Below, one piece after another: positions 47,152 to 56,067 of a stretch of 64,000 nucleotides of DNA. Numbering within the stretch: position 1 is the first letter of the stretch; each line of letters begins with the position of its first letter. Made by a program: the position numbers and the translations under genes. The notes beneath the pieces were generated by a model, which was not told the DNA's origin, ran no database searches, and was given only the letters and a program-made list of their open reading frames with translations. Source of the DNA: a virus; IMG/VR virus record IMGVR_UViG_3300042889_002115, positions 34,930 to 98,929 of that record. One strand, given 5' to 3'.

Positions 47152-48269
47152 TAATATCTGATCTACTGACTGAATCTGCTGGTCGTTGTCCTGAGTGCGG
47201 AGGCCCTGCTTTCTCAGATTTAATACTGGCCGAAAAGAAAGATGCCTGCTATCACAAGGTCAAGGCTAGTGCAAAAGTATGGCCCAGTGCTTATGCATCA
47301 GGTCGCCTGGTACAGTGTCGCAAAAAAGGTGCTGCCAACTATGGCAACAAGTCAGAAGGTGTGGCGGAGGACGAAGAGGTCTACCTCGGAGGAATGTCCA
47401 GGGCAGAAAGAGAAAGCCGCTTCAGACGTAGAAAACAAGATCTATTACAAGATTATGCTTTGTTGGGTAAGCTAACAACAGACATGATTCGTGCAATTAA
47501 TAACGAAGTGTTTTTGACAAAAGAACAAATAATTGATTTTTACAAGCAACAAATCGAAGATCCTGATTTAACAGCATTAGAATATGCTCATGACAATAAT
47601 ATTCCAAGTAGCGGATTGTTAAAAGGTGTTTTACGCTACCTGGTCCAGCGCGGTTTTAGTATGCTTGACATTCGTAAGTTAATGGGAAAAGCAGCTGAAC
47701 AAAAAAAGAAAGATACGCTGGCATTGCCGCCACCTGGACCTGGTGAAGGTGTAGCGGAGGTCACAGGCGATGAAAAATTTAACAAAGCAATGAGACGAAC
47801 CACTGGCGACATCACTTCAGACGATGCTGCCGAAATGTGGCCAACACAAGAATTTGAACCAATTAATCTTGATTCATCATACTTGCCAATGATGGAGAAA
47901 TACAAGGCAAAATTATTTCCGTTAGCTTATGAATACTGGACTGACGGTGACAATGCAGATGAATTAAGAGCACTAGGTTGGGAGCCTGATTACGGCGACG
48001 ACTATGTTATGGTGGTGCTGTCTGGCATTGGACATGATGGTCATATCCAATATGACAAATATGATTTTGATGCCGAAGGTGAAAATGTGACGGAAGCAGC
48101 AGACAACACTGCCTTTCGACAAGGCTACGAACGAGGCATACGATACTATCGTCGCGGCCCACAAAATCCCTACCAACCCAGAACTCTAGAGTTTACAGAC
48201 TACAATGATGGCTATCAGATGGGCGAAGCTGACAGTTATGACAAATATGACACCTCAAGCATGGATTAA
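47148..48269 (+). CDS. Modular polyprotein with GVAE junctions (putative head cargo)
   Basis: MIISDLLTE leader; CxxC; junctions ILAE, GVAE x2, NVTE. Confidence 0.7.
   Translation: MIISDLLTESAGRCPECGGPAFSDLILAEKKDACYHKVKASAKVWPSAYASGRLVQCRKKGAANYGNKSEGVAEDEEVYLGGMSRAERESRFRRRKQDLLQDYALLGKLTTDMIRAINNEVFLTKEQIIDFYKQQIEDPDLTALEYAHDNNIPSSGLLKGVLRYLVQRGFSMLDIRKLMGKAAEQKKKDTLALPPPGPGEGVAEVTGDEKFNKAMRRTTGDITSDDAAEMWPTQEFEPINLDSSYLPMMEKYKAKLFPLAYEYWTDGDNADELRALGWEPDYGDDYVMVVLSGIGHDGHIQYDKYDFDAEGENVTEAADNTAFRQGYERGIRYYRRGPQNPYQPRTLEFTDYNDGYQMGEADSYDKYDTSSMD
47355..47760 (+). repeat. 16-bp direct repeat GAAGGTGTRGCGGAGG flanking an AT-rich in-frame module
   Basis: Copies at 47355-47370 and 47745-47760; related CAAGGTGTGGCGGAA at 62368-62382. 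Confidence 0.85.
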
Positions 48270-48299
48270 AACTCCAGGTAACCAAAAACGAATTAAGAA

Positions 48300-48407
48300 A
48301 TGAAAACTTATAGGTTTACCAACCGCGGCCAAGAATTCATAATACAAGCTGTGGATTTGACCGCAGCACTGGTCATTTATCGTGAGCGACTGCGTGATGC
48401 GAGCTAA
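48300..48407 (+). CDS. 35-aa protein (paralog of 46683..46790)
   Basis: MKTYRFTNRGQEFIIQAVDLTAALVIYRERLRDAS. Confidence 0.6.
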   Translation: MKTYRFTNRGQEFIIQAVDLTAALVIYRERLRDAS

Positions 48408-48756
48408 AGAATTTGCACACTTGAAAGAAGATGCTGTGGAGGATCTTGAAAAAGATCTTGACAATCCCACGAGCTACAGTGCAATTGATCACATGATGCA
48501 GACCATTGCTAGAGATCACGGCATCACTGGCAAACAGTTGCACGATGCATTTGTGGCCAAACATGGTGTGATTCCAGACAAGTGGACACGCAAACAACTA
48601 AAAGAACTTAGCTTTTTGGGATCTGAATGTACCAAGGACTGCTCGGGGCATCGAGCTGGTTATGACTGGAGTGCCCGCAAAGGCAATCGCCCAGGCAACA
48701 GTCCCTACAGTCCCAGCTTCAACAAAGGCGCCAATCTCCGAGCCGCTGGCAAGTAA
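48397..48756 (+). CDS. Two-module putative head protein
   Basis: MRAKEFAHLKE leader; IDHMM..IA..H.ITGK.LH..F..KH...PD.W; LKE| then CTKDCSGHRAGY.W. Confidence 0.7.
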   Translation: MRAKEFAHLKEDAVEDLEKDLDNPTSYSAIDHMMQTIARDHGITGKQLHDAFVAKHGVIPDKWTRKQLKELSFLGSECTKDCSGHRAGYDWSARKGNRPGNSPYSPSFNKGANLRAAGK

Positions 48757-49485
48757 TCACAGCCGAGTATAAACAAAGTACAAGCGTTCGTTGGCTTCAC
48801 GCTTGAATGTGTCCAGCTTTAGATTGTACAGTTCAGCAAACTCATTTGCTATTTCAAACGTCCAAGGAAAGATTTCCACATAAGGACCTGTCTTGTGCGG
48901 AATTCCCGGATTGGCTCGCAAAAAGAATTTGCCACCAGGCCGAAGCAAACTCACACAATGTGCAAATCGTACCTGAATATCTTCTCGGCTGTTGAAGTTG
49001 ATGGATCCCAGTGCAATAATCACATCATGGCTTTCAGGTCGGACTCGGTAATCTAATATATCCACTTCGTAATCTGCGCAGTTATTGTAGGGGTCTATAC
49101 CAATTAGGTTCTGGATGCGTCCTTTGAATGGATGATAGCCACAGCCCACATCCAGCACACTCACAGGATCGAGTTTGTTGATTTGATCTGCCAACTCCCA
49201 GCCTGTGTGCTCGTAGTCGCCGGTGCGTGGTTTCCAGATTTCACTGAAGAAACGCAGGATATAGCGTTCACTTAGATCATCTACAATATCTCGCAGTGTG
49301 CCTTGATAGTCACAGGACAAGCTGAGTTCAGCTTCTACAGCGTCTTTGAACTTGGCGTATCTTGCTGGTGTCCACGGCAGTTGATCTACCGGTGTATCAG
49401 CATCAATAACAATTTTCTGATACTTGGGTAAATTAAACGCAGACTGAAGATTTTTTTGGATTAGAGTAAAAATTTTTGTGTTCAT
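48757..49485 (-). CDS. Class I SAM methyltransferase with N-terminal ACP-like domain
   Basis: VLDVGCG, GIDP, LLRPGG; N-terminal I..DT....L......VE.E......TLRDIVD. Confidence 0.8.
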   Translation of the reverse strand: MNTKIFTLIQKNLQSAFNLPKYQKIVIDADTPVDQLPWTPARYAKFKDAVEAELSLSCDYQGTLRDIVDDLSERYILRFFSEIWKPRTGDYEHTGWELADQINKLDPVSVLDVGCGYHPFKGRIQNLIGIDPYNNCADYEVDILDYRVRPESHDVIIALGSINFNSREDIQVRFAHCVSLLRPGGKFFLRANPGIPHKTGPYVEIFPWTFEIANEFAELYNLKLDTFKREANERLYFVYTRL

Positions 49486-49537
49486 GAGAAAAATTTGGTA
49501 AATAAATGTGATTCAAAGTTATTTAAGGAGTTTTACT

Positions 49538-50494
49538 ATGATCAAAAAATTATTACTGGTGTTGTTGGCCGTGCCTGTTATGGCTGCTGCCTGGCAACCC
49601 ACCAAACCTGTAACAGTTATCTACCCCAATGGCCCCGGTGCAGGCAACGAAATTTCATTTCGCATTGTGGCCGACATTGTGGAAAGAAAAACCGGTACAG
49701 TATTCCGAGCAGAGCACCGACCAGGCGCAGATGGTAACATTGCTATCAATCACTTTGCCACTGTACCAGCTGATGGATACACTGTGGCCATGCCTGCTTG
49801 CAACTCCAATTGGGTTACAGCAGAAGTTTGGTACCCACAAACAGTCAAGTACAATATGTTTGATTTTGAACCAGTGGCCAACATTGCCAAGAGTCCACTA
49901 GCATTTTGGGCAAACCCTGCTAGCAAAGTAAACACACCTGAAGATTTAATTCGTGAAATTCGAAGCAAGAGCCGGCCACTTAACTTTGCTATCGGCGGCG
50001 GCGGACACAAACTAGCAGTGGAATACCTAACAGATGCACTAGCTGTGCCGGGCGGTGATCGAGTACAAACTGCCATGTACAAAGGTCCAGCGCAAGCATT
50101 GTTGGATGTCATAGGTGGCCATGTGGAATTTGCAGTTACTCCAGTGGGAGTAGGTTATCCCCATGTCAAGGCTGGCAAACTCAAGCTGATTGGTTTGGCC
50201 AGCGAAGTTCCGCTCAAAGGTCTAGAGTCTGCTGAATTAATGAGCAAGTATGCTCCAGGACTCAACTTGTATGGTTGCTGGAACTTGATTCTGCCCAAGG
50301 GCACACCACAAGATGTACAGCAATGGTATCATGACAATTTTGTGCCGGCTATCCGTAGCGCAGAAGCACAAAAGAAGTTTGATGATAATTTGATGTTTAT
50401 CACTCGGAAAGAACACACCCCGGCTGGTGTGCATGCGGCCATGGTTAGACTCAAGTCAGACTGGACTCCGATTGCTAGAAAGGTTGCGCCTTGA
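49538..50494 (+). CDS. Bug/TctC tripartite tricarboxylate transporter substrate-binding protein
   Basis: Signal peptide; W.PTKPV, RPGADG.I, ADGYT, YKG.AQAL.DV.GG.V, PKGTP; TAAATA at 49499. Confidence 0.92.
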   Translation: MIKKLLLVLLAVPVMAAAWQPTKPVTVIYPNGPGAGNEISFRIVADIVERKTGTVFRAEHRPGADGNIAINHFATVPADGYTVAMPACNSNWVTAEVWYPQTVKYNMFDFEPVANIAKSPLAFWANPASKVNTPEDLIREIRSKSRPLNFAIGGGGHKLAVEYLTDALAVPGGDRVQTAMYKGPAQALLDVIGGHVEFAVTPVGVGYPHVKAGKLKLIGLASEVPLKGLESAELMSKYAPGLNLYGCWNLILPKGTPQDVQQWYHDNFVPAIRSAEAQKKFDDNLMFITRKEHTPAGVHAAMVRLKSDWTPIARKVAP

Positions 50495-50547
50495 AATACC
50501 CAGCATAAAAATATCAAATACACAACATTATCTTGATAAATTAATGC

Positions 50548-51408
50548 ATGACACAATCTAAACGTATACTAATCATGGGCTTGCCTGGCTCGGGCAAAAC
50601 CTACTTTGCCGAAAAGCTAAAGAAATACCTGGAGGACAATTCTAATACACAGACCATGCCAGTTGAGCGTATGCTGCACTTAGAATTGCCGCCCATTTAC
50701 TATACCAGCAAGGTGGACTGGTTCAATGCAGATGATGTGCGCAAACGATTCAACGACTGGGATTTCAGCCGTGAAGGGCGCATTCGTCAAAGTATCAGAA
50801 TGTTTGATTTTGCTGTGAGCTGCACTGAAGACTTTGTGATCTGTGACTTTGTGGCACCTTTGGTGGAGATGAGAAACAACTTCAAAGCAGATTGGACCAT
50901 CTGGATGGACACCATTGATGCAGGCCGCTACGAAGATACCAACCGAGCGTTTGTTCCACCCGAGCAGTATGACTTTAGAGTCACAGAACAAAATGCTGAA
51001 AAATGGGCAGAGTTTGTGGGTGACCATATTTTGTATAATCGTCGGCGTCCAAGATTTGATTGGCAACGAGAAACAGTGCAAATGTTGGGTCGTTGGCAAC
51101 CTTGGCATGCAGGACATCGGGCCTTGTTTGATCGACTTATTGCTCGTACTGGGCAAGTTGTCATACAGATTCGTGATGTGCAAGGTTGGCAAGGTTCAAA
51201 TCCTTTTGCAGTACAACAAGTAAAAGACTTTATTCGTCGAGATCTAGACCCATTGTATCAGGGACAATACGAAATACAAGTGGTGCCCAACATTGTACAC
51301 ATTGGGTGGGGGCGCGGGGTAGGATACACGTCAGGTGAAGAAACATTTGACGAAACCATTACAAACATTTCTGCCACCAAAATCCGAAAAGAATTAGGGT
51401 TAAAATAA
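50548..51408 (+). CDS. Adenylylsulfate kinase-like domain fused to an HxGH nucleotidyltransferase domain
   Basis: GLPGSGKT, ADDVR...DFS.EGR, DFVAP; C-terminal GRWQPWHAGH...ISATKIR. Confidence 0.85.
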   Translation: MTQSKRILIMGLPGSGKTYFAEKLKKYLEDNSNTQTMPVERMLHLELPPIYYTSKVDWFNADDVRKRFNDWDFSREGRIRQSIRMFDFAVSCTEDFVICDFVAPLVEMRNNFKADWTIWMDTIDAGRYEDTNRAFVPPEQYDFRVTEQNAEKWAEFVGDHILYNRRRPRFDWQRETVQMLGRWQPWHAGHRALFDRLIARTGQVVIQIRDVQGWQGSNPFAVQQVKDFIRRDLDPLYQGQYEIQVVPNIVHIGWGRGVGYTSGEETFDETITNISATKIRKELGLK

Positions 51409-51455
51409 AATGTTCAACTGTGTGAAATGTAATGTATTATTAGAAAGAACTTATT

Positions 51456-51623
51456 ATGTCAGAAAACAAACCAACTTTTATACAAGCAATCAAAGCAGCA
51501 CAGGCGCTCAAAACCAAAATTTCGCCTGAGACGGCGGCAACAATACAACAAACAAAGAAAACACCTAGGTCGCAGGTCACCACCAACAAGCCCACCACAC
51601 GAACCACTGGCCGCGGTAGATAA
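51456..51623 (+). CDS. Small basic protein (55 aa, not in ORF track)
   Basis: MSENKPTFIQAIKAAQALK...RTTGRGR. Confidence 0.5.
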   Translation: MSENKPTFIQAIKAAQALKTKISPETAATIQQTKKTPRSQVTTNKPTTRTTGRGR

Positions 51624-52490
51624 ATGATATTGTCTGATTTATTTCAACTTTTTAGAATCAATCAACATTGGGGCACGTCAGGAATAGATTCTATTAAGCG
51701 ATGTTTGAACAAACAACATTTTTTAAACTATCCGCACAAGGTTGAATATCAGTACAACAGTCGAGGATTTAGAGATGCCGAATGGCCTGAGACTATACAG
51801 GAGTTACAGAACGCTATTTGGTGTGTTGGAGACAGTTTTACTGTGGGTATTGGCAGTCCTTATGAATTCACGTGGCCGCAAGTTCTAGCCAAAGCCACTG
51901 GTCGCCGATGTATCAATGTCAGCATGGACGGTGCTAGCAATACCTGGATTAGTCGCCGTGCCAGACAAATTATTCATGAAATCAACCCAACTCACATGGT
52001 AGTGTTATGGTCGTACATTCATCGTAGAGAATTGCCTAACGTTGATATCCCTGACGAAACTAGAATGATGCATTTTGACAAATCCCAGTCAGAATTAGAC
52101 GATCTTAAGAATTTTATCAATTGCTACACCAATTTAAAAAATTGTACAGCAAGTGTCAATATATTTAACGGAATTATACCACGTTCGGGAGTGAATGGTG
52201 TTTGTGATCATATGATCCAAAGCTGGCACAACATAAAAGATCCTTCATGGTCTGAATTTCCCCCAACTACACAGGTTGAATTTGACCAATTACCTGCCCA
52301 TATAAAACAAGAAACTACTGATATATTTTCCAATGACCAGTTAGAAATTTGGTTTATTAAAAACAATTTTTGTAATATAAATCAACTGACTGCATTGTCC
52401 ATGTTAGACTATGCTAGAGATTACCATCATTTTGACTGTATCACTAGCGAGTTTTTTGTTAAACAGATTCTCAAGAACTTTGATGATTAA
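51624..52490 (+). CDS. SGNH-like hypothetical protein
   Basis: YNSRGFRD, GDSFT.G.G, N....GASN, ARD..H. Confidence 0.7.
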   Translation: MILSDLFQLFRINQHWGTSGIDSIKRCLNKQHFLNYPHKVEYQYNSRGFRDAEWPETIQELQNAIWCVGDSFTVGIGSPYEFTWPQVLAKATGRRCINVSMDGASNTWISRRARQIIHEINPTHMVVLWSYIHRRELPNVDIPDETRMMHFDKSQSELDDLKNFINCYTNLKNCTASVNIFNGIIPRSGVNGVCDHMIQSWHNIKDPSWSEFPPTTQVEFDQLPAHIKQETTDIFSNDQLEIWFIKNNFCNINQLTALSMLDYARDYHHFDCITSEFFVKQILKNFDD

Positions 52491-53700
52491 CTAAATCTGT
52501 TGTAGATTTGTGCCAGAATTGATTTTCTTGCCGGACCTGATTTAAAACATCTTCAGCAGCAATTGGTTTTGCAATGCTCGAATTGTTGATTGCCCAATGG
52601 TTGTATATTTCAGTCAATTGATCGAAATTTTTTACTATCTTTGTTTTTTCGGCCAGGGTTTGTTTTTTGATTGGTGGCCCATTCTTCAAAATTCCTAATT
52701 TGACCATTTGATCAATAGTCTTTTGTGCTTCTACATAGCCTTGTTTTGCAAAAGACAATTCAGATTGTCGATCTTGTGGCAACAAAGAAAATATGCCCTC
52801 TTGACGAACATAGTCACGTGTAAATTGTGTTTTGATTGACACGGGCAGTTGATTAATATCTTGCGGTGTAGTTATTGCTGGCCAATCTATTGGCGATTTT
52901 TGCTGATAGTAAGACACTGACTCAGGAAGGTCTAATATCAATTGGTCAATTTTGTTGTTTGAGTCAAACATTAAACTACTCAAATCACTGCGAGCATAGT
53001 GCATCTTGTTCCAGGTGTTGAATGTAATTCCAAAGTTTTTTTCCCAGGTTACCAATTCAGGCTGACTGCTAAACACTGGAAGGCCAAGAATAAACTGTTC
53101 AAGTCTTGGCACATCTTGTTCGTAGTTAAAATATGAACTTACGTTGAAATACTGATTGCTCCAGTTGATATAATCACGGTACGCATTGAGCTGATACTCA
53201 AAAGCCTGCGAATCAAGTTGTATTCCTGATTGATAAATGTCATAAAATGTATCTATTTTTTCAGTGGCTGAATATACATTTAATTTTTTAGTTACTTTGT
53301 TGAGTGTCATACTCAAAGCATGCTCGAACACATTGGCTCTGCGACACGCAATTATGTAAAAGTTTTTGTTAAGGTACTGATAAAAAGGCACCTGTTGAGC
53401 AACAGTATCGTTGCGATGACGTATATGATAATGCGCAAGTCTGGAAGTTTTATAATGATCTACACTGCCGAGTAGTTCAACCACTTGTTCCAGCGACTGA
53501 TAATACCCCCAGTTTTTGATTGCATGTTTGCTTACAAGTTCCTGGTTGAATTCAGGACTGTAATACTTGGCCAGGCCATTGGTTAATTCGTGCAGGTTAA
53601 TCACCGGACGGCCGAACTGATGAAACTGCATGTATATGGTCAGCATGCGTTGCAACAAAGTGCTGCCCACAGCGTCGGGCGTCAGAATTAATACATTCAT
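52471..53700 (-). CDS. Sulfotransferase-like P-loop protein
   Basis: LILTPDAVGSTLL (5'-PSB-like), RRANVFEHALS (3'-PB-like), FNYE. Confidence 0.55.
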   Translation of the reverse strand: MNVLILTPDAVGSTLLQRMLTIYMQFHQFGRPVINLHELTNGLAKYYSPEFNQELVSKHAIKNWGYYQSLEQVVELLGSVDHYKTSRLAHYHIRHRNDTVAQQVPFYQYLNKNFYIIACRRANVFEHALSMTLNKVTKKLNVYSATEKIDTFYDIYQSGIQLDSQAFEYQLNAYRDYINWSNQYFNVSSYFNYEQDVPRLEQFILGLPVFSSQPELVTWEKNFGITFNTWNKMHYARSDLSSLMFDSNNKIDQLILDLPESVSYYQQKSPIDWPAITTPQDINQLPVSIKTQFTRDYVRQEGIFSLLPQDRQSELSFAKQGYVEAQKTIDQMVKLGILKNGPPIKKQTLAEKTKIVKNFDQLTEIYNHWAINNSSIAKPIAAEDVLNQVRQENQFWHKSTTDLVNHQSS

Positions 53701-53800
53701 ATAGCAATACTTATGATGTAAAAATTATGTGCCCAGTTAATCACGACGTGAATCACGCCAGAATGGGATAAATATTCTTATATAACAAGGTATCAACACT

Positions 53801-53869
53801 ATGCAAATTAGCACTGCACAACTGCAACAAATCATACCCGGTAATCCCTATGTTTAGCATGGCTGCTAA
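53801..53869 (+). pseudogene. Remnant of a second GH19 endolysin N-terminus
   Basis: MQISTAQLQQIIPGNPYV*HGC* aligns with LTLSQLEEMVPGNPHIDSW of the next gene; TAAATA at 53769. Confidence 0.6.
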
Positions 53870-53910
53870 CACACAGGGTGGTCAGTCTAAAATTAATGGA
53901 GCACACTAAA

Positions 53911-54537
53911 ATGTCAAACAATTTTGGGTTAACATTGTCACAACTGGAAGAAATGGTTCCGGGAAATCCTCATATTGATAGTTGGTACGAAGCACTGGAG
54001 CAGATACTGCCAGACTACGATATCAACACTCCGCAGAGAATTGCAGCATTTGTTGCTCAATGCGCTCATGAAAGCGGTGGATTCAAATTTATCAAAGAAA
54101 ATTTAAATTATAGGGCAGTCAGTCTGCGCAAGACTTTTGCCAAGTATTTTCCCACAGATGAATTGGCACAGCAGTATGCAGGCAAAGGCGAAATGATTGC
54201 CAATAGAGTTTATGCCAATCGCATGGGCAACGGCAATGAAGCCAGTGGCGATGGTTATCGTTATTGTGGTCGAGGCCTTATTCAGTTGACTGGCAAAGAC
54301 AACTACACTCGCTATGCCGAAAGCACAGAACAGTCAGTGGAAGAAGCCAGCGAACATTTATTAACCTTCGAAGGCTGTGTACAAAGTGCTGCATGGTTCT
54401 GGGAAGCCAACAACTTGAATCAATGGGCCGACAAGGGTGACATTGTCACCTTGACCAAACGAATCAATGGCGGCACCATTGGGCTCGAAGATCGTATCAA
54501 ACACTATAATCATGCTTTACATGTGCTAGGATTATAA
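53911..54537 (+). CDS. Endolysin, glycoside hydrolase family 19
   Basis: AAF.AQ..HESG, ENLNY, GRGLIQLTG..NY, SAAWFW, RINGG..GL.DR. Confidence 0.93.
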   Translation: MSNNFGLTLSQLEEMVPGNPHIDSWYEALEQILPDYDINTPQRIAAFVAQCAHESGGFKFIKENLNYRAVSLRKTFAKYFPTDELAQQYAGKGEMIANRVYANRMGNGNEASGDGYRYCGRGLIQLTGKDNYTRYAESTEQSVEEASEHLLTFEGCVQSAAWFWEANNLNQWADKGDIVTLTKRINGGTIGLEDRIKHYNHALHVLGL

Positions 54538-54538
54538 T

Positions 54539-55021
54539 ATGTGGTTACTGCATTTCTTTTCGGACAGTTTTTTACAGTTTATAGTCAATGCAGTATTGAT
54601 AACTGGCGTAGTCGGCACTGTTTTATTCTGTTTCTTTCTCAATAAGATTTTACAATTTTTTCCGCCACTGGCACCGTACTACAAAGCATTGCAAATTGGC
54701 AGCATAGTTGTACTGTTGGCTGGCGTGTACTTTAAAGGCGGCTACGCTACTGAAATGATTTGGCGTGACAAGGTAAAAGAAGTAGAAGCCAAGTTGGCCG
54801 CAGCTGAAGCTGAAAGCAAAAAAGAAACTGTAAAAATTGTAGAACGGGTTGTCAAGAAGACCGAAGTTATTCAGCGGCGTGGGCAAGATGTTGTTCAATA
54901 TATTGATCGAGAAGTTGTCAAATACGATACAAAATTTTTACCTGGTGGCGTGTGTGAAATACCAAAAGAATTTGTCAAAGCACACAATGACGCTGCTACT
55001 CCAGTTGAGGCTAAGAAATGA
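54539..55021 (+). CDS. Putative inner-membrane spanin (Rz-like)
   Basis: N-terminal TM helices, coiled coil, C-terminal Cys; next to endolysin. Confidence 0.7.
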   Translation: MWLLHFFSDSFLQFIVNAVLITGVVGTVLFCFFLNKILQFFPPLAPYYKALQIGSIVVLLAGVYFKGGYATEMIWRDKVKEVEAKLAAAEAESKKETVKIVERVVKKTEVIQRRGQDVVQYIDREVVKYDTKFLPGGVCEIPKEFVKAHNDAATPVEAKK

Positions 55022-55287
55022 AATATCTATTATTACTGTCAGTAGTGTTGTTACAAGCCTGTGGCACAACAGTACCAGTCTCTGCAAAATTTCCCGACAG
55101 TCCAGGCGCAATTGCAACACAAACATGCCCCGCATTGCAGCAACTATCACAGGATCCCAAACTAAGCGAAGTATCTAAAACAATCACCATCAACTATACC
55201 ACCTACTATGAATGTGCAATCAAAGTTGATGCCTGGAATGATTGGTACAAAATACAAAAAAATATTTTTGAAAAGGCAGCAAAATGA
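55018..55287 (+). CDS. Putative outer-membrane spanin lipoprotein (Rz1-like)
   Basis: Lipobox LLQAC; Pro-rich; two further Cys. Confidence 0.75.
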   Translation: MKYLLLLSVVLLQACGTTVPVSAKFPDSPGAIATQTCPALQQLSQDPKLSEVSKTITINYTTYYECAIKVDAWNDWYKIQKNIFEKAAK

Positions 55288-55781
55288 GTAAAGAAACAAA
55301 AAAAGAAGACTGGATGAATTCAAAATGGCGTCCAGCCATGGGTTGGATGTACATGGTTGTCTGTATGATGGACATGGTGATATTTCCCATACTATGGAGT
55401 CTACTACAGACCGTAACTCACACACCTATCACTCAGTGGAATCCGTTGACACTGCAAGGCGCTGGACTATTTCACCTGGCCATGGGTGCAGTGTTAGGTG
55501 TTGCTGCGTATGGTCGTACGCAAGAAAAACTTGGCGGAGCCAACAATGGCGGAATACAAACACCAACAACAGGATTCTCCAGCGGGCCTTCAACATTTAG
55601 CCAACCGTCGGCAGGAGGCTTCGGTTCTCCAGCACCAAGTAGCTTTGCTGGTAGTTCAGGATTTGGAACGGCAACGCCTGCATCAAGTTTTACCCCAGCA
55701 CCAAGTTGGGGGACAACCCCAACAGCAACAACAGCCAGCGGTAAGAAAGTTGTACCAGAGTTTAATCAGCCAGAAATTTAA
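55284..55781 (+). CDS. Putative holin (3TM GTA-type holin family)
   Basis: KWRPAMGW.Y, LG...YGRT.EK; low-complexity tail. Confidence 0.75.
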   Translation: MSKETKKEDWMNSKWRPAMGWMYMVVCMMDMVIFPILWSLLQTVTHTPITQWNPLTLQGAGLFHLAMGAVLGVAAYGRTQEKLGGANNGGIQTPTTGFSSGPSTFSQPSAGGFGSPAPSSFAGSSGFGTATPASSFTPAPSWGTTPTATTASGKKVVPEFNQPEI

Positions 55782-55794
55782 AAAGGAGTATAAA

Positions 55795-56010
55795 ATGAAA
55801 TTATTATTAGCACTAGCAACAAGTTTGATATTAGTTGGCACAGCACATGCCGCTGCTGAAATTAAAGAAATTTGCTCACCAAAAATGGACTCCTCTGGCA
55901 AACCAGTCATGGATAAGAAAACTGGTAAACAAGTTCAAATTTGTAAGAAAATCAAAGTCCATAAAAAAGTAGAAGGTACCACTGTCCCTGACAAAAATGC
56001 TAAAAAGTAA
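55795..56010 (+). CDS. Small secreted basic protein
   Basis: Signal peptide ending AHA; two Cys; AGGAG SD. Confidence 0.7.
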   Translation: MKLLLALATSLILVGTAHAAAEIKEICSPKMDSSGKPVMDKKTGKQVQICKKIKVHKKVEGTTVPDKNAKK

Positions 56011-56020
56011 CGACTAACTC

Positions 56021-56057
56021 AGCAGTCAGCATAACTATTGTGTTGACTGCTTTTTTA
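56021..56057 (+). terminator. Probable intrinsic terminator
   Basis: AGCAGTCAGCA...TGTTGACTGCT followed by T-run. Confidence 0.65.
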
Positions 56058-56067
56058 CGACTCAAAT

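Noticed and set aside
53855-53857. In-frame TAG suggesting stop-codon reassignment
   Set aside because: A TAA follows four codons later, other genes end normally at TAG (10630, 11729, 40360, 60780, 63093), and coding density is high under the standard code
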